Part shown: piece by piece, positions 45,438 through 53,972 of the stretch
Layout of the letters: each line of letters begins with the position of its first letter
Position numbering within the stretch: position 1 is the first letter of the stretch
Assembly (NCBI GenBank): GCA_045535465.1
Contig: JAZSLS010000029.1
Coordinates: 1 to 60,634 of the forward strand
From: Eubacteriales bacterium
Lineage (GTDB): Bacteria > Bacillota > Clostridia > Oscillospirales > CAG-382
DNA length: 60,634 nt
Direction: 5' to 3'
The notes under the pieces: model-generated
What the model was told of the DNA's origin: nothing
Databases searched by the model: none
What the model saw: only the letters and a program-made list of their open reading frames with translations
Program-made: the position numbers and the translations under genes

Positions 45438-46019
45438 ATGGCAAGGCACAAAAACAAAGAACGCCCTTCCATAAGCAGTATGGAAGCGGAGCTTAGGCGT
45501 GTAAAACGGCGCAAAAGGTATTTTCGTGTTATACAAAGCACTATTTATACTCTTATAACCGTGGCAGCCGTAGCGGCGCTTATTGCTACCTTGTGGATGC
45601 CCGTGTTGCAAATACACGGCAACTCTATGTCACCATCAATGGAAGACGGCAACATATTGGTTTCCGTAAAGGGTGACGCATATAAGCAGGGCGATGTAAT
45701 TGCTTTCTATTATAATAATAAGATACTTGTAAAAAGGGTCATAGCCCTGCCCGGTGATTGGGTGGATATAGACGAGAACGGCAACGTAAGCGTAAACGGT
45801 GTTTTGCTGGACGAGCCGTACGTTGAAAAGAAGGCTTACGGCGAATGTGACCTGGAGTTTCCGTATCAGGTGCCTGCTGCAAAGCTTTTTGTGTTGGGCG
45901 ACCAAAGGTCTGTTTCTACCGACTCACGCAATAGCACCATAGGCTGCGTGGCTAACGACCAAATTGTAGGGAAAATTGTTTTCAGAGTGTGGCCTATAAA
46001 GGATATAGGCAAGGTATAA
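45438..46019 (+). CDS. lepB: Type I signal peptidase
   Basis: TM anchor, catalytic Ser box GNSMSPSM, Lys box LVKRVIALPGD, and GDQRSVSTDSR box. Confidence 0.85.
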   Translation: MARHKNKERPSISSMEAELRRVKRRKRYFRVIQSTIYTLITVAAVAALIATLWMPVLQIHGNSMSPSMEDGNILVSVKGDAYKQGDVIAFYYNNKILVKRVIALPGDWVDIDENGNVSVNGVLLDEPYVEKKAYGECDLEFPYQVPAAKLFVLGDQRSVSTDSRNSTIGCVANDQIVGKIVFRVWPIKDIGKV

Positions 46020-46033
46020 TTAAAGGATAAATT

Positions 46034-49000
46034 ATGAAAAAGGACGTGCTGCGACAAGCGGCGAAGTACAGCAGAGCTAACAATCGAATAAAACGCTGGC
46101 ATCGTGTCGTGGCAGGTCTTGCGGCGGTGGTGGTATTTGTTACCACCTATGCTCTTATTCTACCGGCACTTACCAAGGAGAGGGAGCGCTTTTGCGGTTT
46201 GGAGGAGCATACCCATAAAGCGGAGTGCTACTTTACTCCCAAGGAGGAGCTTTGCTGTGAAGTAAAGACCCACTCACACGATGAAAAATGCAAAAACGAG
46301 GCAGGCGACCTTGTTTGCGGCTACTCAAATTACGTAATTCACAGTCACAACGATAGATGCTACGACGAAAAGGGGCTTCTTGCCTGCCGTTTGGCGGAGA
46401 TAGAGCTTCACGTTCACGACGAAAGCTGTGTCGAATGCAGCAAGGCTACGGAGCTTCACACTCACGGCGAGGGCTGTAAGGGTGAAAACGGCGCTGTAAT
46501 TTGCGGCAAGACGGAGCTTGAGGAGCATATCCACACGGACACCTGCTTTAAGACGGTGACCGACGCTGCGCCTGTTTTGATATGTACCCAAAAGGAGCAT
46601 AGCCACGACGAGGGCTGTTACGTGGATAAAACCAAGGACGTGGAGACGGCAGACGACTGGGAAAAGAGCATCCCCAAGGAGCTTGCAGGCGTATGGGGCG
46701 AGGATGTGGTAAGCGTGGCAAAAAGCCAGCTTGGCTACTTTGAAAGCTCCGTTAATACGGTAACCGACGCCAAGGGCGACGTTCGGGGCTATACCCGTTA
46801 CGGCGCTTGGTACGGCTCTCCCTACGGAGCGTGGGATGCTACCTTTGCTTCCTTCTGCTTGCATTACGCAGGGGTGGATAAAAACTACTTTGCCTTTGAA
46901 GCTGACAGCGCTAAGTGGATGAAGCATTTGGAGGCTTCGGGCTACTATCAAAAGGCGGCGGGCTATATACCTAAGGAAGGCGACCTTGTGTTCTTCCGCA
47001 ACGGTGTCGGTGATAAGGCGGTTTACAACGTGGCAATAGTTGCCGCCGTATCCGCAGATGATGCGGGAGCGCTTACGGGCATAAAGGCCATAGCGGGTGA
47101 CGTGGGAAACCGTGTTCAGTACCAAAGCTATGATATAAACGACGAGATGATACAGGGCTACGGCACTCTTGGTGTAGCCTATGGTGAATACAAAAACAGC
47201 ACTCCCAGAGAGCAGGTATACGAGGATGGTGAAGTAACCGTAAAAGCCCTTTACTATCCTGCGGCAGGTATACCCGAAGGGGCAGTGCTTACCGTAAAGC
47301 CTATAAGCAAGGAGCTTTTGGAATACGAAAGCTGCTATGATAAGGCAAAAACAAGGCTGGATGCTTTGGGTGGTCAGGTAAAGACCACCGATATTAAGGA
47401 CTTTAGGCTTTACGATATAGGCTTTGTGCTTAACGGCAAGGAAATACAGCCTATTGAAAAGGTTGATATAAGCATAAGCTATCCCAACGAAGGGGTAGAT
47501 GAGGAGGAAACCGTAACGGTCTTCCACTACGTGGACGACAAGGCGGAAATTTTGGGGGCACAGGAATACAGCCTTGAGGATGGGGTGCTGACCACGGATT
47601 TTGAGACGGAAAGCTTTTCTTTATTCGCAATAGTTACCTCCGAAAGCCAAGTTAACAGTATTGTAACCCTTAACCAACACAGCGTGACTTCCAACACCAA
47701 CCTGAGACAGCTTGGGGACATAACCTTTGCCATAGTCAACGGCGACTACGCTATGACAGCAAAGGAGGACGGCACCCTTGCGGTAGAGCAGATAAGGGCA
47801 CGGGAAAACGGCGTAATTACGGCAAACGAAAAGCTTTGCCGTTGGCTGCTTACCAAGTACAGCACAAGTTACTATAACTATGAGTATTACATAAGCACTA
47901 CCATAAACGGTACTACCTATTATCTTATGCTGTCGGGCACCACCCTTCAGCTGACTACGGCTCAAGCTTCCCGTACACGCTTTACCTTTGCTCAGTCAAG
48001 CGGCCCCGTAACGATAAGGAACGGCAACAGTAGCTATATAAGAGTAGCCGAAAGCGGTGTAAGCGTAGGCAGCTCTATGCAGCTTGGTCTGTACAGGGTG
48101 CCTACGGGTGAGTTTACGGTTAATTTTGACGGTCAGATAGGTCTGCCTAAATACAATGGCAGTAATAACCACAAATACCGTCTGGCGGAAAACATAGCGG
48201 TTACCACCACGGGTGGCGGCTACGTTACCTTACCTGCCACTATGACCCTTCCGGGCAACTATCCTATGAAGCTTAACGGCTGGTACGACATTATAAATAT
48301 GGTCTACTACGACAGCTCTATGCTGGGTAAGCGGATAAGGGTTACCAACAACACCATCTTCTATCCCGAATGGATAGCCGAAACCTACGATATAGGTCAG
48401 GACGTGGACGTGGTTGAAAATCAACCCGACACCAGCGACTTTATCACCACCACGGTATTTGATTATAACGAGCTGTTTAACACCCACTCGGCAAACTATT
48501 CTCCCACAGACGGCACTTGGACCTTTGACCCTAACAGTGAGCTGGGCTTTATCTTCTTTGACTACTTTGACTCCCCTGCGGGTAACATAGGTGATATGTC
48601 AAACAAGGGCGTGGCTGTAAACGGCGTAACCGTAAATCAGGAAAAAACGGCGGGTACAAGAGGTGCAAGTACCAACTTCCCCGGTACCATAACGCCTAAC
48701 ATAGCCAACGAAAAAAGGCTTAACGCTTTGTTTGGTGATGACCCGATAGCGGGTCGAATTTCCTTGGGTGAAGGGGACTGGCTATACAGCTTTGACCCGG
48801 AGATAGGCTTTTATTACTACAACAGCGCAAAAAACGCTGCCTCCTACAACCAAAGCCAACAGCGTTTTTACGTTTACGACTACACCGTAAACATCGACAG
48901 CCAAAACAGCTTGAACGACTTTTTGCCCTTTAACTACGGAAAAACCACCTACAAGGAGAAGGACAACGAGGCAAACTACTGGTTTGGTATGAAAAGTGAG

Positions 49001-51085
49001 ATAACCTTCTATTTGCCTGCCGACAGCGGTAACCCCTTGAATATTGCCGCCGACGGTAAAACGGATATGCAGCTTCGCTTTTCGGGCGACGATGACGTTT
49101 GGATATTCATCGATGGGGAGCTGGCTCTTGACCTGGGCGGCGTACACGACGTGGTTTACGGCGAGGTTAACTTTGCCACGGGCAAGGTCAAGACCGGTCA
49201 GGCAATAGATGCAAACCATATAGCGGATAACACCGCAAGCAGCTATGCGGGTATGCCCGGCGTTACGGGCACTGCAGGTGTAACCACTACCGACCTTCCT
49301 ACTGTACTTGAAGGCGGTAAGGAGCACACCATAACCATTTATTATTTGGAACGAGGTTCATCTCTTTCCAACTGTTCTATTTACTTTAACCTCTCTCCCT
49401 CCTACGCCTTGGAAATAACCAAGCACGATAAGGAAGGCAGTAAGCTTTTGCAGGGTGCAGAGTTTAAAATATACGACGATGAGGAATGTACCAAGCCCTC
49501 TGTTTTATATCTGCAGGAGGAAAACGGTACGCTTACCGAGGTTTACGACTACACCTTTGTTACCGACGAAAGCGGTGTTGCAAGGTGCTGGGGTATGCTT
49601 CTCGGTAAATCCTACTACATAAAAGAGGTAAAGCCGCCGCCGGGCTATACCGATATGTCCTACTACGTAATACGAATAAACCTCTCGGAGAGGGGTGAGG
49701 TTACCTACGTAGCCTTGGACAGCAACGGCGGCAATTGGCTGTATGCCGACGCATACATTTTCGCTTCGGACGAATCCCACCGTGTGGAGATAGATATCTA
49801 TAACGGCAAGATAGACGAGCTGTATATCGGCGGCGAAAAGAAGCTGTACGTTGAAAAGAAATGGGCAGAGGGGAGCGAAAACATTCCCCAAAGCATTGAC
49901 GTAAGGCTATACGCCAACGGGTTGGCTACCGACCGTATGCTTACCCTTGACGCTTCAACCGAGTGGAAGGGCTTCTTCTACAGCCTTAAGGAAAAGGACG
50001 ATGACGGCAACGAAATAGTTTATACCGTTAAGGAGGAAAACCCACCTGCGGGCTTTGGCGACAGCTACACGCAGACCGTCGGCACGGAAACTAAACCGGG
50101 TGAAAAAATACCTGCCCACTGGGAGCAAACGCTAAAGCTTGAGCCGGGTTACGTTTATCGCCTTGTGTTACCTAACTATTACGGATGGGCAATAATGGGC
50201 TACTCCAATTCCGAGTCTATCGAGCCTGCCATTGTTGACGACAGCAAAAAGGATCAGCTTTGGTATGCCTATGAGGCTGAAGGCGGTGTAAGACTTCAGA
50301 ACGTAGCCTATCCCAACAGGTATCTCGGTATAGGTCAGAACGTAGTCGGCACTACAACCTCCACAGGTAACGATACCATTCTTTTCCTCTCCAACGGCTA
50401 CTTGAAGAGCGCCTACGGCAACTACGCCAAAAAGGGCGAAAAAACCGTAATAGGCGGCAGCGGCTGGGGCTTTAGAACCACCGCAAACGAAAGCGAGGCC
50501 ACGGGCGTTGTAGCCTACAAGTGGGTAGAGGCGCAGGACACTACCGTTACCGAAGACGTAGACGGCTGGCTTATTACAAACACCCCTTGGGACGAAACAA
50601 TGGATATCCCCATAGAAAAGCTGTGGGATGCCACCGTTTCGGACGGGCACAAGGAGGCAGTTACCGTTCACCTGTATCTGGTAGAAACGGGCAATACGGA
50701 TACCGTTACCCATATACAAAGCCTTACCTTAAACGCCGACAACGGCTATAAGGGAAGCTTTACGGAGCTACCATATCCCGAAGAAGGAAGCTACTACTGT
50801 GTAATGGAGCAAACTCAAAGCTTTGCGCCCACCTACGGCGGGGCAGTGGTTACCATCTTCGCAGACAACGCATATCACGATGCCGCACGGGTAGAAATTG
50901 ACAGCCAAGGTAAGGCACATACCGTAAGCATCACAAACTCCTTGCTGGTACTGCTTCCCGAAACGGGCGGCAGCGGCATAGCCTTGTATACTGCATCGGG
51001 GCTTGTCCTTATAGGAATAGGCGCAGCCTTGCTGTATATAAACAAAAAACGCAGAAGGGAGGTAAACAGCCTTCCCGGTGCGTAA
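46034..51085 (+). CDS. LPXTG-anchored giant pilus tip/adhesin-like protein
   Basis: 1683 aa. N-terminal TM/signal anchor. Seven C-x(4-8)-HxH-x3-C units (46193-46618). CHAP-like region (..GAWDATFASFCLHYAG.., GDLVFF). Fibro-slime/PA14-like FSGDDDVWIFIDGELALDLGGVH...IYYLERGSSLSN (about 48980-49380). SpaA/CnaB-like units (LEITKHDKEG..YYIKEVKPPPGY; KKWAEGSE..). Sorting signal LPETG (50954-50968) plus hydrophobic tail plus KKRRRE. Confidence 0.85.
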   Translation: MKKDVLRQAAKYSRANNRIKRWHRVVAGLAAVVVFVTTYALILPALTKERERFCGLEEHTHKAECYFTPKEELCCEVKTHSHDEKCKNEAGDLVCGYSNYVIHSHNDRCYDEKGLLACRLAEIELHVHDESCVECSKATELHTHGEGCKGENGAVICGKTELEEHIHTDTCFKTVTDAAPVLICTQKEHSHDEGCYVDKTKDVETADDWEKSIPKELAGVWGEDVVSVAKSQLGYFESSVNTVTDAKGDVRGYTRYGAWYGSPYGAWDATFASFCLHYAGVDKNYFAFEADSAKWMKHLEASGYYQKAAGYIPKEGDLVFFRNGVGDKAVYNVAIVAAVSADDAGALTGIKAIAGDVGNRVQYQSYDINDEMIQGYGTLGVAYGEYKNSTPREQVYEDGEVTVKALYYPAAGIPEGAVLTVKPISKELLEYESCYDKAKTRLDALGGQVKTTDIKDFRLYDIGFVLNGKEIQPIEKVDISISYPNEGVDEEETVTVFHYVDDKAEILGAQEYSLEDGVLTTDFETESFSLFAIVTSESQVNSIVTLNQHSVTSNTNLRQLGDITFAIVNGDYAMTAKEDGTLAVEQIRARENGVITANEKLCRWLLTKYSTSYYNYEYYISTTINGTTYYLMLSGTTLQLTTAQASRTRFTFAQSSGPVTIRNGNSSYIRVAESGVSVGSSMQLGLYRVPTGEFTVNFDGQIGLPKYNGSNNHKYRLAENIAVTTTGGGYVTLPATMTLPGNYPMKLNGWYDIINMVYYDSSMLGKRIRVTNNTIFYPEWIAETYDIGQDVDVVENQPDTSDFITTTVFDYNELFNTHSANYSPTDGTWTFDPNSELGFIFFDYFDSPAGNIGDMSNKGVAVNGVTVNQEKTAGTRGASTNFPGTITPNIANEKRLNALFGDDPIAGRISLGEGDWLYSFDPEIGFYYYNSAKNAASYNQSQQRFYVYDYTVNIDSQNSLNDFLPFNYGKTTYKEKDNEANYWFGMKSEITFYLPADSGNPLNIAADGKTDMQLRFSGDDDVWIFIDGELALDLGGVHDVVYGEVNFATGKVKTGQAIDANHIADNTASSYAGMPGVTGTAGVTTTDLPTVLEGGKEHTITIYYLERGSSLSNCSIYFNLSPSYALEITKHDKEGSKLLQGAEFKIYDDEECTKPSVLYLQEENGTLTEVYDYTFVTDESGVARCWGMLLGKSYYIKEVKPPPGYTDMSYYVIRINLSERGEVTYVALDSNGGNWLYADAYIFASDESHRVEIDIYNGKIDELYIGGEKKLYVEKKWAEGSENIPQSIDVRLYANGLATDRMLTLDASTEWKGFFYSLKEKDDDGNEIVYTVKEENPPAGFGDSYTQTVGTETKPGEKIPAHWEQTLKLEPGYVYRLVLPNYYGWAIMGYSNSESIEPAIVDDSKKDQLWYAYEAEGGVRLQNVAYPNRYLGIGQNVVGTTTSTGNDTILFLSNGYLKSAYGNYAKKGEKTVIGGSGWGFRTTANESEATGVVAYKWVEAQDTTVTEDVDGWLITNTPWDETMDIPIEKLWDATVSDGHKEAVTVHLYLVETGNTDTVTHIQSLTLNADNGYKGSFTELPYPEEGSYYCVMEQTQSFAPTYGGAVVTIFADNAYHDAARVEIDSQGKAHTVSITNSLLVLLPETGGSGIALYTASGLVLIGIGAALLYINKKRRREVNSLPGA

Positions 51086-51152
51086 GGTTTTGGCAAAAAA
51101 ACAAAAATAAAAATAAAAAAATAAAAACACCAAAAACGAAAGGAAACCAAAA

Positions 51153-52727
51153 ATGAAAAGAACAGTAAAGTTCACAAGCGTTCTCGTTCTCGCACTTGCT
51201 ATGCTTGTTGCAATGGCAAGTACCGCTTTTGCAGTTGACGTAACCATTAACGGCGGCGCAAACGGCTCTGAATATTCCGCATTTAAGCTTCTTTCCGCTA
51301 CCGACGGCGGCGAAGGCAAATTCGCTTACACCCTTAACGATAAGTACACTGCCATCCTTCAGGCTGTTACCGGCAAGACCGAGCAGGCTGACATCGTAGC
51401 TTACATAGGCGAACAGGATACCGCAGAAGAAACCCGTGCTTTTGCAGATGCTGTTTATGCTGCAATCGTTACAGCAGGCATCGAAGCAGATGATACTACC
51501 GACAACGACGTTTTTGAAGGCCTTGAACAGGGTTACTACCTTATAGCAGAAACCCAGCTTGCAAACGAAGCAGATACCTTCTCTCTCGTTATGCTCAAAA
51601 CCGCAGGTGAAGAAAACATCACCGTTACCACTAAGGAAGACCTTCCCACCGTTGAAAAGAAGATAGAAGAAAAGAACGACAGCACCGGCGACGCTTCTTG
51701 GGGCGACCACGCTGACTACGACATCGGCGACAGCATCAATTACCGCATTACCGGTACCGTTTCCGAAAAGTATGCTGATTACAAGAGCTACTACTATCGC
51801 TTTGTAGATACTATGGACGCAGGTCTTACCTACAATAAGGACGCTAAGGTTTACGTTGTAAACGGCGAAAGCAAGGTAGAAGTTACCGAACAGTTTACCA
51901 TAGTTGAAACCGAGGACAACGGCTTTACCGCAACCGCTAACCTTAAGGAGCTTGCAGACGTTACTGTTAACGCTTCCACCAAAATAGTTGTAGAATACAG
52001 CGCAACCCTTAACGCAAACGCTGTTCACGGCACTCCCGGCAACGAAAACGTTGTATACCTTGAATACGAAAACAATCCTTACCACGCTGCAGACGGCAAT
52101 CCTGCTACTCCCGACAGACCCGGTGACGAAACTCCCGAAGATACCGATGACGATACTCCCGGTAAGACCACCGAGGACGTAAACATTGTTTTCACCTTCA
52201 AGTCCACCGTTAACAAGGTAGACAAGGACGGCGAAGCTCTTGCAGGTGCAGGCTTTACCCTTTATAAGGAAATCTACACTCCCGCAGCCGAAGAAGGCGG
52301 CGAGGCTACCTACGCTTGGGAAGCGGTAGGCGAAGAAATTAAGGGCGTTACCACCTTTAACTTCCTCGGTCTTGACGCAGGCAACTACAAGCTCGTGGAA
52401 ACCACCGTTCCCGCAGGCTACAATAAGTGCGATGACGTTGTATTTGAAGTAGCTGCTGCTTATGACCTTGAAAAGGATCCTCCCGAGCTTACCGCTATCG
52501 AAGTTAAGGACGCAGACGGCGTTGTTGTTTCCGAAGGCAACGAAGCTGCATTTTCCGTTGACCTTGCCGCAGGCGAAGTTGTTACCGACGTTGTTAACGT
52601 AACCGGTTCCGAGCTTCCTTCCACCGGTGGTATGGGTACTACCATTCTCTATATCCTTGGCGGCGTACTTCTTGTTGGCGGCCTTGTTGCTCTTATTGCC
52701 GTAAAGCGTATGAGAGGCGACAACTAA
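51153..52727 (+). CDS. LPXTG major pilin (backbone subunit)
   Basis: Signal peptide MKRTVKFTSVLVLALAMLVAMASTAFA. Lys-containing DLPTVEKKI pilin-motif-like segment. E-box-like YKLVETTVPAGY. LPSTG (52624-52638) plus TM plus KRMRGDN. Confidence 0.85.
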   Translation: MKRTVKFTSVLVLALAMLVAMASTAFAVDVTINGGANGSEYSAFKLLSATDGGEGKFAYTLNDKYTAILQAVTGKTEQADIVAYIGEQDTAEETRAFADAVYAAIVTAGIEADDTTDNDVFEGLEQGYYLIAETQLANEADTFSLVMLKTAGEENITVTTKEDLPTVEKKIEEKNDSTGDASWGDHADYDIGDSINYRITGTVSEKYADYKSYYYRFVDTMDAGLTYNKDAKVYVVNGESKVEVTEQFTIVETEDNGFTATANLKELADVTVNASTKIVVEYSATLNANAVHGTPGNENVVYLEYENNPYHAADGNPATPDRPGDETPEDTDDDTPGKTTEDVNIVFTFKSTVNKVDKDGEALAGAGFTLYKEIYTPAAEEGGEATYAWEAVGEEIKGVTTFNFLGLDAGNYKLVETTVPAGYNKCDDVVFEVAAAYDLEKDPPELTAIEVKDADGVVVSEGNEAAFSVDLAAGEVVTDVVNVTGSELPSTGGMGTTILYILGGVLLVGGLVALIAVKRMRGDN

Positions 52728-52762
52728 TAAGCAAACAGAACACACGTTAACCGACTTTATGC

Positions 52763-52796
52763 GCCTCTGTATCCCGATTTTTCGGGATACAGAGGC
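52763..52796 (+). promoter_or_regulatory. Perfect 14-bp stem-loop between the pilin and sortase genes
   Basis: gcctctgtatcccg-attttt-cgggatacagaggc, directly followed by the sortase RBS aaggaga. No 3' T-run. Confidence 0.5.
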
Positions 52797-52810
52797 AAGG
52801 AGACTTCAGG

Positions 52811-53632
52811 ATGAAAAAGCATTTTACAACCTTACTTATAATAACCATCATTCTTCTTGGCGCCTCCTTGCTTCTGTATCCCACGGTAAGCGATTATTGG
52901 AACTCCCTGCACCAATCTCGTGCCATAGCAAGCTACGTTGACGAAATAAATAATATGGACGAGGACAGGTATAACAAAATTTTGTCCGATGCGGTGGAGT
53001 ACAACAAAAACCTTGCAGCCACTCCTCACAGTCTTGTTCTTGATAAGGAGCAGAGAAAGGTATACGATGCTCAGCTTAATATAACGGGCAACGGCATAAT
53101 GGGGTATATAGACATTCCCGAAATATCCTGCCACTTGCCCATATATCACGGTATCGGTAACGACGTTTTGCAGGTTGCCGTGGGTCATATGGACGGCTCA
53201 AGCCTGCCTATCGGCGGCGAAAGCACCCACTCCGTTCTCTCAGGGCATAGAGGCTTGCCCTCTGCAAAGCTTTTTACCGACCTGGATAAGCTTGCAACCG
53301 GTGACGTATTTATAATAACAGTTCTTGACGAGGTCTACACCTACGAGGTATACGATATAGCGACGGTGCTCCCTCACGAAGTGGATGGACTTAAAATAGA
53401 AAAGGGCAAGGAGCTATGCACCTTGGTTACCTGCACCCCTTACGGGGTCAACTCCCACCGGCTGTTGGTTAAAGGCAGGCGTATAGAAAACGCTGAGGAG
53501 GTAACTGTTTTGCGTGTTACCTCGGAAGCAACTCGTATACGTCCATTGGCTGTTATGCCTATGGTGGCAACGCCTCTTTTAATCGTTTTGCTTTTTATTT
53601 TGTACTTAAAGCCTGTTAAAAAGGACGATTAA
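52811..53632 (+). CDS. srtC: Class C (pilus-polymerising) sortase
   Basis: N-terminal TM, HSVLSGHRG His box, catalytic TLVTCTPYG (Cys codon 53432-53434), RLLVKGRR Arg box, C-terminal TM. Confidence 0.9.
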   Translation: MKKHFTTLLIITIILLGASLLLYPTVSDYWNSLHQSRAIASYVDEINNMDEDRYNKILSDAVEYNKNLAATPHSLVLDKEQRKVYDAQLNITGNGIMGYIDIPEISCHLPIYHGIGNDVLQVAVGHMDGSSLPIGGESTHSVLSGHRGLPSAKLFTDLDKLATGDVFIITVLDEVYTYEVYDIATVLPHEVDGLKIEKGKELCTLVTCTPYGVNSHRLLVKGRRIENAEEVTVLRVTSEATRIRPLAVMPMVATPLLIVLLFILYLKPVKKDD

Positions 53633-53655
53633 ATTTAAAAAAACACAAATACCTA

Positions 53656-53684
53656 TTGCATTATTCGCTTTTTTAGTGTATAAT
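53656..53684 (+). promoter_or_regulatory. Sigma-A promoter with extended -10
   Basis: TTGCAT (53656-53661), 17-nt spacer, TGTATAAT (TATAAT at 53679-53684). Confidence 0.65.
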
Positions 53685-53699
53685 GCTACAAATTAATAC

Positions 53700-53875
53700 T
53701 TTCCGTAGGACGTTTACAGGAGATTACCGCAAGGTAGCCGAAGGAGCAAAACTCTCAGGTCGTTAGTTGTAGCGAGGACTGTAAGCTGACGGAGCTTTGG
53801 AGAAACCCATCAAATTGGGTGCCGAAGGTGCAAACGCATACTCTGCGTAATCTCTCAGGCAAAAGGACAAAGTTT
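53700..53875 (+). promoter_or_regulatory. Tandem glycine riboswitch
   Basis: Aptamer 1: CAGGAGA..GCCGAAGGAGCAA..CTCTCAGGT..GAGGAC. Aptamer 2: TTGGAGAA..GTGCCGAAGGTGCAA..TCTCTCAGGCAAAAGGAC. Lies upstream of an alanine/glycine:cation symporter gene, the classic context. Confidence 0.8.
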
Positions 53876-53916
53876 ACTTTCTTTTCTTTTGGGAAAGGAC
53901 TGTATTTTTGTGTTTT

Positions 53917-53959
53917 TACGGCGGAGTGCGTTTGTTGCACTACCGCCGTATTATATTTT
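53917..53959 (+). terminator. Expression-platform terminator of the glycine riboswitch
   Basis: tacggcggagtgc-gtttgtt-gcactaccgccgta (one bulge), followed by ttatatttt. Confidence 0.65.
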
Positions 53960-53972
53960 AAGGAGATAATAA

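Noticed and set aside
45438-46019. Idea that the pilus-adjacent signal peptidase is a catalytically dead SipA/LepA-type chaperone
   Set aside because: The Ser box (GNSMSP) and Lys box (VKRV) are intact, so inactivity cannot be claimed from sequence. A pilus-specific role is kept only as a hypothesis.
46325-47527. 400-aa minus-strand ORF inside the adhesin gene (also 48782..49327, 50168..50719, 50768..51319)
   Set aside because: These are antisense shadows of the 1683-aa LPETG protein, with Cys/Val/Gly-rich nonsense composition.
51009-52745. 578-aa ORF on the minus strand, the longest unannotated ORF in the track
   Set aside because: It is exactly antisense to the LPSTG pilin gene. Its composition (G/V/C/F/N-rich, no motifs, no RBS) is what the reverse complement of a D/E/T/A-rich gene yields. 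The plus-strand product has a signal peptide, an E-box and a sorting signal.
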